In this document: one piece after another, positions 7,767 to 15,860 of the stretch
Layout: every line of letters starts with the position of its first letter
How positions within the stretch are numbered: the first letter of the stretch is position 1
DNA from: Candidatus Altiarchaeota archaeon
GTDB lineage: Archaea; Altiarchaeota; Altiarchaeia; IMC4; QMZM01
Length of the DNA: 35,424 nt
Assembly (NCBI GenBank): GCA_016931955.1
Contig: JAFGDV010000041.1
Coordinates: forward strand, 1 to 35,424
Direction: 5' to 3'
Program-made: the position numbers and the translations under genes
Notes under the pieces: model-generated
Seen by the model: the letters and a program-made list of their open reading frames with translations, nothing else
Told to the model about the DNA's origin: nothing
Database searches by the model: none

Positions 7767-8987
7767 TTATTCTGTGTATATGGTGTTTCTCACAACAGAG
7801 CCCGCTTCAACATATGCTCCAGGGTATATTGATCTCCCAGGCATTATGGACACATTTATCCCCGTCTTTACGTTGTCTCCCATCAGGCAGCCGAATTTCC
7901 TCCTCCCGGAGCCTGTGAGTTTGTTCTTTATCTCCACTCGGACTTCGCCTTCGTCTACTCTGAGGTTTGCTATGTTTGTTCCTGCGCCGAGGTTGCATCT
8001 TTCCCCGATTATGGAGTCCCCTACATAGGATAGATGGCATATGTGTGTCTTCTGCATTATTATCGAGTTCTTTATTTCTACAGCGTTTCCTATTCTTGCG
8101 CCGTCCATTATAGTTGAATGGCGTCTGATGTAGGAGTTCGGCCCTATTATGCAGTTTTCTCCTATATAGCATGGTCCCTCTATGTACGACCCTGACCTGA
8201 TGATGGTGTGTTCTCCTATATATACTGGACCCTTTATTACGGCGAATTTCTCTATCTTAGCATCTCTGTTTGGTTTAAGGTTCATGTCCTCCATGATCTG
8301 TTCGTTGGCTTCAATCAGATCCCATGGTCTTCCTACGTCGATCCATCTTCCCCTGCTCTTGAAGCCGTAGACCTTCCCCTCTTTTATCATGATCTTTATG
8401 GCGTCTGTTATCTCGTACTCCAGGCGCTTGGATTTCTCTATCCCGTCTATTGCATCGAACACACTCTTAGTGAATACATAGATTCCAGCGTTTGCGAGGT
8501 CGCTTTCTGGTTTCTCTGGTTTTTCCTTGATCTCTTCAACCTTTTTCCCTGTCAGCTTCACTATGCCGAACTCTCTTGGATTTTTTACCTTGACCAGGCA
8601 GAGGCTCGCTTCTGCCTTGTTTTTCCCATGGTTTTCCACAAGGTCCCTGATTAACTCTTTTGAAGTGATGAGGTCGCCGTTCATCACAAGGAAGTCGTCT
8701 TTTACCTTATCTCTGACCATGGATATGGCGTGTGCGGTTCCAAGCTGCTCCCTCTGTATGACATACTCTAGCCTCAGTTTTTTGAACCTTTTACCAAAAT
8801 ACTCTTCTATTTTCTCCTTTCGGTAGCCGACTATGAGGTAGGCCTTCTTGAATCCGCTCTCAGCTAAGGCCTCAAGGTCCCATTCCAGTATCGGTTTCCC
8901 GGCTACGGGCAGCATCGGCTTAGGTCTGGTGGAAGTTAATGGCCTTAGCCTTGTCCCCTCCCCGGCGGCGAGTATCACGGCGTCCAT
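7767..8987 (-). CDS. glmU: Archaeal bifunctional sugar-1-phosphate nucleotidyltransferase/acetyltransferase (GlmU-like)
   Basis: LAAGEGTRLRPLT..RPKPM; QLGTAHA; EKP; hexapeptide repeats; HLSYVGDS; GRRKFG..GD.VKTG. Confidence 0.9.
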   Translation of the reverse strand: MDAVILAAGEGTRLRPLTSTRPKPMLPVAGKPILEWDLEALAESGFKKAYLIVGYRKEKIEEYFGKRFKKLRLEYVIQREQLGTAHAISMVRDKVKDDFLVMNGDLITSKELIRDLVENHGKNKAEASLCLVKVKNPREFGIVKLTGKKVEEIKEKPEKPESDLANAGIYVFTKSVFDAIDGIEKSKRLEYEITDAIKIMIKEGKVYGFKSRGRWIDVGRPWDLIEANEQIMEDMNLKPNRDAKIEKFAVIKGPVYIGEHTIIRSGSYIEGPCYIGENCIIGPNSYIRRHSTIMDGARIGNAVEIKNSIIMQKTHICHLSYVGDSIIGERCNLGAGTNIANLRVDEGEVRVEIKNKLTGSGRRKFGCLMGDNVKTGINVSIMPGRSIYPGAYVEAGSVVRNTIYTE

Positions 8988-8988
8988 C

Positions 8989-9216
8989 TTAGGTCGCTTT
9001 TTCGGCTACAACGTAGCCGTCCTCCCATCTTGGGGCTATCTTTTTCATCTTCTCGTCGAAGCCCTTCTTTTTTATCGCCTTCTTATCTTTTCTGGTGACG
9101 TTTTTCAGGTCTACTACGTAGTGGGTTTCCTCTGTCTCAGGTATGTCTTTGAGCATCTCGGAGAACTTCTCTATCAGCTTGATGCCCTGTTCTCGGATCT
9201 TTTCTTCGTCTAACAT
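8989..9216 (-). CDS. gatC: Asp-tRNA(Asn)/Glu-tRNA amidotransferase subunit C, archaeal type
   Basis: 75 aa; ETHYVVDLKNVTRKD and APRWEDGYVVAEK resemble the GatC C-terminus. Confidence 0.75.
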   Translation of the reverse strand: MLDEEKIREQGIKLIEKFSEMLKDIPETEETHYVVDLKNVTRKDKKAIKKKGFDEKMKKIAPRWEDGYVVAEKAT

Positions 9217-9251
9217 CTTCTAAGAAGAGATTGGAATCTGGAGAATAAAAC

Positions 9252-9761
9252 CTATTCGGCGAAGCCTTTAAGCCTTCCGCTTTCTTTCCGAGTTAACTCT
9301 TCGCCTGCGACGGTCTCCCTGTATGTTATGGTGACTTCGACTGAGAAGGGGTCTCCTACTGGTTTGTCTGCGAGGTTGGCTGTGGGGCATGTGAAGTGGA
9401 TTATGTTGCCTGCGTCGACTGAGATGTTTACGCCGGGTCCTCCGCCCATCAATGTGGTGTCTGGGTTGTTTGTGAATACGCAGTCTTCTCGTGCTTCTAC
9501 GTTGGTTATGTGTATTGTGCTGCCTAAGGCGTTGGTGAGTGTCGCATTCAACACCCTTGAGCTGCCTGATATGTATTGTACTGTGGGGTCGAAGCACTTT
9601 ATTTCTTCGAAGTCGTTGCATCGGCTTACTGTCTTGCTCAGGTGGCTGAATATGCCCATCTTCCACAACGCCACTCCCACAACTAAGATGACGAGAACCG
9701 CCCAGCCGTAGGTGGTGAGGTACTCCATCGCACCCTGTCCCTTTCCAGAAGAAAATCTCAT
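9252..9761 (-). CDS. Archaeal type IV pilin (class III signal peptide), second paralog; start reassigned to MRFSSGKG
   Basis: KG|QGAMEYLTTYGWAVLVILVVGVALW. The upstream in-frame extension to 9845 is a translated T-rich terminator tract. Confidence 0.85.
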   Translation of the reverse strand: MRFSSGKGQGAMEYLTTYGWAVLVILVVGVALWKMGIFSHLSKTVSRCNDFEEIKCFDPTVQYISGSSRVLNATLTNALGSTIHITNVEAREDCVFTNNPDTTLMGGGPGVNISVDAGNIIHFTCPTANLADKPVGDPFSVEVTITYRETVAGEELTRKESGRLKGFAE

Positions 9762-9810
9762 AAAAGAAGATAGGAAATAGTAGTATAAAACCATAAGAAA
9801 GAATAAGAGA

Positions 9811-9830
9811 GAAAAGAAAAAGAAAAAAAG
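9811..9830 (-). terminator. Oligo-T archaeal terminator after the first pilin
   Basis: Minus strand reads CTTTTTTTCTTTTTCTTTTC, starting 8 nt after the pilin stop. Confidence 0.6.
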
Positions 9831-9837
9831 ATACAGT

Positions 9838-10371
9838 TTATTCAACCGTACCCGTCATTCTCCCAGAATCCGTGTGCGACAGGGTTGTTCCCGCAACAGA
9901 CTCAGTGTAGGTGATCACTACGTTGATTGTGAACGTGTCACCTGCAGCCTTATCTGTTGTACTGCCAGCAGGGCATGTGAAGTAGACAGTGTCTCCACCA
10001 GCAACACTTAATGATATATCATTTCCTCCAGGTGTTAAAGAGGTTCTCATGAGGGTAGTATCAGTGGTATCAGCTGCACCTGCTAAGTATGTACAGTCTC
10101 CGGTTGAATCAACATCTGTTATGGTTAACGGTGTTCCAGCAGCATTCGTAAATGTCGCGTTTATCACACCAGTTGCTCCTGCACTGTAAAATATGCTTCT
10201 GTCGAATGGTTTCAGGTTTGTGAATCCTGTCGCTCTGTTTACTCCTCCTCCTGCTCCGCCGAATACTCCGAGCTGCCAGAGCACTACGCCGACGATCATG
10301 ACGACGAGGATAGCCCAGCCGTAGGTCATCAGGTACTCCATGGCGCCCTGTCCCTTATTATTCAGTTTCAT
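9838..10371 (-). CDS. Archaeal type IV pilin (class III signal peptide), probable major pilin
   Basis: KG|QGAMEYLMTYGWAILVVMIVGVVLW; Thr/Gly/Ala-rich body; GAGGTGA SD at 10376-10382. Confidence 0.9.
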   Translation of the reverse strand: MKLNNKGQGAMEYLMTYGWAILVVMIVGVVLWQLGVFGGAGGGVNRATGFTNLKPFDRSIFYSAGATGVINATFTNAAGTPLTITDVDSTGDCTYLAGAADTTDTTLMRTSLTPGGNDISLSVAGGDTVYFTCPAGSTTDKAAGDTFTINVVITYTESVAGTTLSHTDSGRMTGTVE

Positions 10372-10440
10372 CTTTTCACCTCAAAACATTTAACATAAAA
10401 TCTGTTTAATATTATCCGTATATGTCATTACGTGTTTCTC

Positions 10441-10456
10441 TTATAAATACTTTTCG
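10441..10456 (-). promoter_or_regulatory. BRE + TATA promoter for the pilin genes
   Basis: Minus strand CGAAAAG-TA-TTTATAA, about 70 nt upstream of the start codon. Confidence 0.75.
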
Positions 10457-10531
10457 GTTAGTTTCTTCAGCCAGAAGCCGGACACAGACAACACCAGCTG
10501 AAATTTATCCCCTGGAACCCATAAGAATAAC

Positions 10532-11263
10532 ATGCACGTCTTGAAGAGGGGGGTTGATAAGTACATAAGCAGCAACATACAACTGAATATAAGCATATTA
10601 TTCCTATCCCTAATATTGTTCATCGTAGCCGCAGCGCTCTTCCTGTCGAATGATCTCCCCGGTTCGACTGTTGGAATAATAATGCTGCCGCTAACCTACG
10701 CCCTTGGGGTATATGCTTATCAGCGACATATTTTATGGGGTAGTGGAGCGGTTGGCGAAGGCGCCGTCGCCAGGGAACTTGAAAAACTCGGGGATTCCTA
10801 TTATCTGATCAACGGGGTTGTGGTACCCCCCAATAGAGGTGACACAGACCATATAATAGTCGGCCCAAACGGTTTATTCGTCGTAGAGTCGAAAAACTAT
10901 GGCGGAGAGGTGGAATGTGACAGCGACTCATGGATCAGGTACAAGACCAGTAGAAGGGGTAAGCGCTATAATATTTCAGTGGGCAGCCCAAGCAGGCAGG
11001 TTAAGAGGAATGCGAAGGTTCTCAAGGATTTTATCCTGAAACATGATGGGGAGATATTCCATAGGAGGACGCCGCATATATGGGTTCAGAGCATACTTGT
11101 TTTCACTAACAAGAATATCAGGTTATCCCTCAAAAACCCAACAGTTGAAGTGCTGAAGATAGGTGAGCTGGCAGATTACATCCAAAACAAAGCATCTGAA
11201 CTAAGCCTGACCGATGGAGAAGCCGAGAAGATCGGCGAAGTAATCCTGAAGCACTCTAAATAG
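10532..11263 (+). CDS. NERD-domain (PD-(D/E)xK-like nuclease) protein with two N-terminal TM helices
   Basis: G..GE..V...L; DTDHIIVG..G.FVVESKN; SPSRQV.RN. Confidence 0.85.
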   Translation: MHVLKRGVDKYISSNIQLNISILFLSLILFIVAAALFLSNDLPGSTVGIIMLPLTYALGVYAYQRHILWGSGAVGEGAVARELEKLGDSYYLINGVVVPPNRGDTDHIIVGPNGLFVVESKNYGGEVECDSDSWIRYKTSRRGKRYNISVGSPSRQVKRNAKVLKDFILKHDGEIFHRRTPHIWVQSILVFTNKNIRLSLKNPTVEVLKIGELADYIQNKASELSLTDGEAEKIGEVILKHSK

Positions 11264-11266
11264 TCT

Positions 11267-12505
11267 CTAAGCTGGTGTCCCCATCATACCGGCAAAGAAG
11301 GAGCTGAGGATGAACCTCAACAAGAGAAAGACTCCTATAGAAAGCAGCAGGGTTATGGGGATGAGGGATATTCCTCGGGTCATCTTACCCGAACGCATGA
11401 TACCTATCAAAAGGGAGCCGAAGAAGCAGCAGACACCCAAGACGATGAGGGCGTATAACACAAACTCTCCTTCGCTGATTGCTAGCGGTTGGATGCTTAC
11501 CATCCCGCCCTGAGCCTGTTCAGAGAGCGCTTCAACGTCTATGTAGGAGAATGTTTTAGTGAATATGCTGATGAACTGAGATGATGCCGCGAATAACAGA
11601 GGAGCTCCGAGAATCAATGAGAATAGGATGAACATGACCTGTGCGGTGGTTTCGCTCTCCATTCTCTTGACGATGTTCTGCTCTGTTCTGATGTCTCTTG
11701 AGATCTCCTGCAATACGGTCGGCAATTCGCCGCCGGACCTCATGCCTTGGATCATCAGCTTCACCGTTCGTTGAAGCTTGTCTGAGTTGACCCTATTGCT
11801 CATGTTTATCAGGGCTGTTTCCAGCGGCGTTCCAGTCAAGGTGTCCCTTGCGACCTTCTGCATCTCATCAGCAAGTGCGCCGAATTCAGGCCGTGCTGCG
11901 ACCCATAGTGCATTGTATGGGGTCATACCGGCGCTCATATTCTGTGCTATCATGGAGAGAAGGTCAGGCAAAACCTTTTCGATGTTTGAAGTGCGTTTGT
12001 CGACTAGGAGATTCAGCATCATGTAGAGGATAATCCATACGAGGATGAACGACGTTAAAGCGGCCCCACCTGATAGCATAATGTCGTCCTCTGTGAAGAT
12101 GAACGTAATCAATCCTACAGCAATAGGGAAAAGTATGCTGTACATGACAGTTATACCCAGGGTCTCTTCAGGGTTTCTTGTAAGGCCGGAGTAGAGGAAC
12201 ATCTCTTCGAGTTTCCCTCTCGTATGGAAGGGGAACAGGGAACCCAATCTGTGGTGCACTGATCTTACGAACTTGATAAAGAATTCCACAAATGGTCCGA
12301 TAAGACCCTTAAAGGTTTCGTGTATCAAGTGAAATACTGAAACAAATAAATTGCCTAAACTGACGAGTGTGTAGGAGAAAACCTTCATTATTGTCCCCAT
12401 CACAGCATAGAAGATGTCTGCCGGGATCTTCATTGGATCCTTCTTTTCCTTCCTGGGGGTATTCAGGGTTCTCAGGCCTTTCTCCATTTTAACATCATCC
12501 GACAT
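11267..12505 (-). CDS. Type IV pilus membrane platform protein (TadC/T2SS-F family)
   Basis: IEK.LPDLL..IA.NM.AGM; PEFG.L; GG.L...L..IS.DIR; multi-TM. Confidence 0.9.
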   Translation of the reverse strand: MSDDVKMEKGLRTLNTPRKEKKDPMKIPADIFYAVMGTIMKVFSYTLVSLGNLFVSVFHLIHETFKGLIGPFVEFFIKFVRSVHHRLGSLFPFHTRGKLEEMFLYSGLTRNPEETLGITVMYSILFPIAVGLITFIFTEDDIMLSGGAALTSFILVWIILYMMLNLLVDKRTSNIEKVLPDLLSMIAQNMSAGMTPYNALWVAARPEFGALADEMQKVARDTLTGTPLETALINMSNRVNSDKLQRTVKLMIQGMRSGGELPTVLQEISRDIRTEQNIVKRMESETTAQVMFILFSLILGAPLLFAASSQFISIFTKTFSYIDVEALSEQAQGGMVSIQPLAISEGEFVLYALIVLGVCCFFGSLLIGIMRSGKMTRGISLIPITLLLSIGVFLLLRFILSSFFAGMMGTPA

Positions 12506-13364
12506 TAGGTCTTTTACTTCTTATAAGTGAAATGAACATTATCTGGAATGCTACAACACCAAATAGCACGCCCCAGAATATGTCCATGTTTATCATTCTA
12601 CTACCAACGAAGCTTGATAGAACAACGAGGAGGGTTACGCCCATCGATGGCGCGACTATTACCATCATCATGTAGATCAGACCCCATAGGGTCAGTTCCT
12701 GTCCATAGACCTTTATCTTGTTCTCTTTCTCCTGTCTTATATCATTTGAGAGCGCTATTAGTGCTATTTTTATGTCTGAACCGGTTTGCATAGCGTTCGC
12801 TATCTGCCATAATGCCCTTCTCATGTATTCTGAGGGGGACAGCATGCCGTAGTTATTCAATACATCCCTCATCGAGCTTCCAGATTCAACCTGCTGGACT
12901 ATCTCGTTCATGAGCTTTGAGCATTCGCCGTAGCCTCCTGCGGCGATGTTAGCGATTGTATTAAATAATGGAACGCCGGCGGTCATCTGGATCTGCATGT
13001 CTTTTAGCATATACTCCAAGTCCTTGTCTATCAGCCGGCTCTCCCTGAGAACCGTCATCTTGGGCATGTAGATGAAATAGAAAAAGGCGAACAATGCCAC
13101 GAAAATGGGCAGCCCTGCCGCCATGTAAGGATTCAACTCAGTATGGGTTAGAAGGAAGGGAGTCGTTGTGAGAAACAAGGTACCTAAGAACGCGGTTATT
13201 GTTACGAAAAGAACGATTGCGAGGTATTGGACAGCACCCATCGTGTACCCTGACCTCTTCAGATTCCACTCTAGATCTGGAAAAATCAATAAGAGTTTCT
13301 TTGCCGGCGAGCTTAAGACCTTCGAGGAATCCTGCAATTTTTCCGAATCAAATGGTGATGTCAT
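12495..13364 (-). CDS. Type IV pilus membrane platform protein (TadB/TadC family)
   Basis: ID.DL.Y.L..M.IQ..AGVPL; YGE; WQI.NA..TG; C-terminal KRP. Confidence 0.88.
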   Translation of the reverse strand: MTSPFDSEKLQDSSKVLSSPAKKLLLIFPDLEWNLKRSGYTMGAVQYLAIVLFVTITAFLGTLFLTTTPFLLTHTELNPYMAAGLPIFVALFAFFYFIYMPKMTVLRESRLIDKDLEYMLKDMQIQMTAGVPLFNTIANIAAGGYGECSKLMNEIVQQVESGSSMRDVLNNYGMLSPSEYMRRALWQIANAMQTGSDIKIALIALSNDIRQEKENKIKVYGQELTLWGLIYMMMVIVAPSMGVTLLVVLSSFVGSRMINMDIFWGVLFGVVAFQIMFISLIRSKRPNVG

Positions 13365-13383
13365 CTTTATCTATTGGTATGGG

Positions 13384-14982
13384 CTAAATATTAATGTCTT
13401 TGTCTCCTTCTACGAGGTCGAGGACCGTGTCTTTGTCTATGTAATACTCCGTCACTATCTTGCCGACGTCGTTTACGTTCTTTATGTCGTGCTCCAACAG
13501 CCACTTGAGTATCCTCTCCTTGCCTGCTAAATCCTCTCTTATCTCGTTGTCGTCCATCCCTGAGAAGAGCTCAAGCTCGTCCTTAACCCTTACGCTCTCA
13601 GATATCTTCTCTGTCTTGTTCGTCTTAGACGTCCACTGGTAGAGGATGTTTACTTTGGGGGTGCTGCCCTCTCCCCTAGTCAGCTCTGCTATCTCAAGGG
13701 TGTGTCTTTTCCCTGTTTTCCTGTTCATGTGTTGCACCACAATCAATGGAAGCGAGCCCATCACGAGTCCGGGGATGTCCATGGGCGGCCCCATGATCCG
13801 GTCGACGACCTCTTGTGCGCGGTTCGCGTGGAATGTTCCATAGACCGAGTGCCCAGTATGCATGGCCTCGAATAGGACCTCAGTCTCCCGTTTCCTTCTG
13901 ACTTCTCCAACAACGATCCTGTCAGGCCTCATCCTGAGTGAGTTCTCAACCAGTTGTAGCATGGATACTTCGCCTTCTCCTCTGGGATTAGGGGGCCTGG
14001 TTGTCAGCGGAACCCAGTGCAGGAACTTGGGCAGGTTCAGTTCTCGTGTATCCTCAAGCGAGATGATCCTCTGGTTTGCCGGCATGAAGGGCATAAGGGC
14101 ATTCAACATGGACGTTTTGCCGGATGCCGTGCCCCCGCTTATCAGCATGCTGAGCTCATATTCGATAGAGAGCCAGAGAAAGGCGGCTGCCTCCGTTGAT
14201 GTCGTGTTTATTGCGGGATCGATCAGGTGTATCATCGTCCAAGGTGTTCTAGAGAACCTTCTGATCGTTATGGTGTTTCCTGAGGTGGATATTGGAAATA
14301 ACGTGGCATTGACTCGGTCACCTGTTGATAGATGGGCATCTAGGAGAGGCTCCAGGTGAGTTATCTCTCTGCCGACCTCCCTTGCTATCCTTGAAGAATA
14401 GTTCATGATCATGTCTTCTGTATCTACCTGGATGTTTGTCTTCAACCAGTTGTGTTTTTTGTGGTACGCCCACACCACGTCTTTACTGCTGTTGATCACG
14501 ATCTCTTCAAGGTAGCCGTCAGCCAGCAGGTATTCTATGTCGCCGATTCCTATCATATCATTCACTATCATCCTGCTGAGCATCGCGATGTCTTCTCCAG
14601 ATGCTTTTTTCAGTACATTGGCTAGTTTTTCCTTGGAGCGTGCGAGGAACCGAGTCTTCAGTTCTAGGAATCTGTCAGGGCTTAGGATGCTCTGTGTTTC
14701 GAACTGTATCTCTCCTACAAGACTCCTTTTTGTTTCATCGAGGAGGGCGGTAGTAACGAAATCGATATCTGGGAGCAATATGTGGTAGTGTGGCACGTAG
14801 TCGCCAACGTCGAGAACCTTCACTTCAACGGTCAGTCCGTCGAGGGATATGTTGTAAGAATCCAGCTCAGTAGCGCGTTCATCTGTGTCATCTCCCTTGG
14901 GTTTGCGTATGTCTGCCGTCTCTGCCTTATTCTCCCCCTCTTTTCCAGCGCCCTCTACTTTTTTCCTGAAGTTGAAATCCAT
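13384..14982 (-). CDS. Type IV pilus assembly ATPase (CpaF/VirB11/ArlI family)
   Basis: Walker A GGTASGKT; EDTREL; LRMRPDRIVVGEVR; His-box TGH...TFHA. Confidence 0.95.
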   Translation of the reverse strand: MDFNFRKKVEGAGKEGENKAETADIRKPKGDDTDERATELDSYNISLDGLTVEVKVLDVGDYVPHYHILLPDIDFVTTALLDETKRSLVGEIQFETQSILSPDRFLELKTRFLARSKEKLANVLKKASGEDIAMLSRMIVNDMIGIGDIEYLLADGYLEEIVINSSKDVVWAYHKKHNWLKTNIQVDTEDMIMNYSSRIAREVGREITHLEPLLDAHLSTGDRVNATLFPISTSGNTITIRRFSRTPWTMIHLIDPAINTTSTEAAAFLWLSIEYELSMLISGGTASGKTSMLNALMPFMPANQRIISLEDTRELNLPKFLHWVPLTTRPPNPRGEGEVSMLQLVENSLRMRPDRIVVGEVRRKRETEVLFEAMHTGHSVYGTFHANRAQEVVDRIMGPPMDIPGLVMGSLPLIVVQHMNRKTGKRHTLEIAELTRGEGSTPKVNILYQWTSKTNKTEKISESVRVKDELELFSGMDDNEIREDLAGKERILKWLLEHDIKNVNDVGKIVTEYYIDKDTVLDLVEGDKDINI

Positions 14983-15062
14983 CCTGGTATTTTGTTATAG
15001 AATTACTAATTTAGTAAATAAATATGTCTTATGCTATAATACAGCCTTGATTTGGTGCAAAG

Positions 15063-15860
15063 ATGAGGAGATTGTCCCTGTTAGTCATGGTATTGGTCTG
15101 TGTGGGTTTTTCGTCCGCCACATACATCTCCATGACACCGAGCATCGATGTTGGGGGAGTGATTGATGGCGATGAAGCGGTCGCTGAACTCACTCTCATC
15201 AATAACGGAGATGAACCAGCATATGACGTGTTCGCTTCCCTTGTGCTTGGTGAGGGTTTGAGTTCAGATGACCTCGCTGTTGGGATATTGTATCCCGGTG
15301 AGCCATACAGTGGAGCGTTCGTAATAAACATCGACGAAAACATCACCCCAGGATCATATTCTATCCCCGTGATAGTGGACTACCGGGACGCTAACGGCCA
15401 TCCCTTCTCAGCCATCTCGTCTTTCTCCCTGAATCTTAAGAAAGCCGTGCTCTCCAAGGTCACCCTCAAGGTCGATGAGTTAACCCTTGCAGGCGCGGGG
15501 GAGAAGAAGCTGATGCTGACGGTGAGGAACCTCGACGATCTGCCTCATAGTATTAATGTAAAACTTTTCCTTCCGCGGGAGCTGTCTTCTGATGTGGATG
15601 AAAGGACACTATTTGTTGTTAAGAAATCCTCCAGCGAGCTTTCTTTTAAATTATCTTCTTTTGACGCTCTACCAGGCAGCAGTTACATCGTATGTGTGGT
15701 AGCATCCTATGAGGGGGATGGCCTCCATTATTCCTCCTACTCCAACGGAGTCGTTCATGTCGTGGAAGAGAAGCCTCTGCCGTCTTGGATTCCGGCAGCG
15801 GTGATAGGCTTTCTCGTTTTATTGATACTATTATTTGTCATCTATCAGTTCAGAAAATGA
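15063..15860 (+). CDS. Secreted, C-terminally anchored protein with Ig-like (CARDB/S-layer-domain type) folds
   Basis: Signal peptide; N.GDEPA..V, LYPGE, PGSY.I.V..DY.D.NG; C-terminal TM. Confidence 0.7.
   Translation: MRRLSLLVMVLVCVGFSSATYISMTPSIDVGGVIDGDEAVAELTLINNGDEPAYDVFASLVLGEGLSSDDLAVGILYPGEPYSGAFVINIDENITPGSYSIPVIVDYRDANGHPFSAISSFSLNLKKAVLSKVTLKVDELTLAGAGEKKLMLTVRNLDDLPHSINVKLFLPRELSSDVDERTLFVVKKSSSELSFKLSSFDALPGSSYIVCVVASYEGDGLHYSSYSNGVVHVVEEKPLPSWIPAAVIGFLVLLILLFVIYQFRK

Noticed and set aside
9762-9845. Phe-rich N-terminal extension of the second pilin
   Set aside because: Translation of the T-rich terminator; the class III signal peptide implies a start at 9761.
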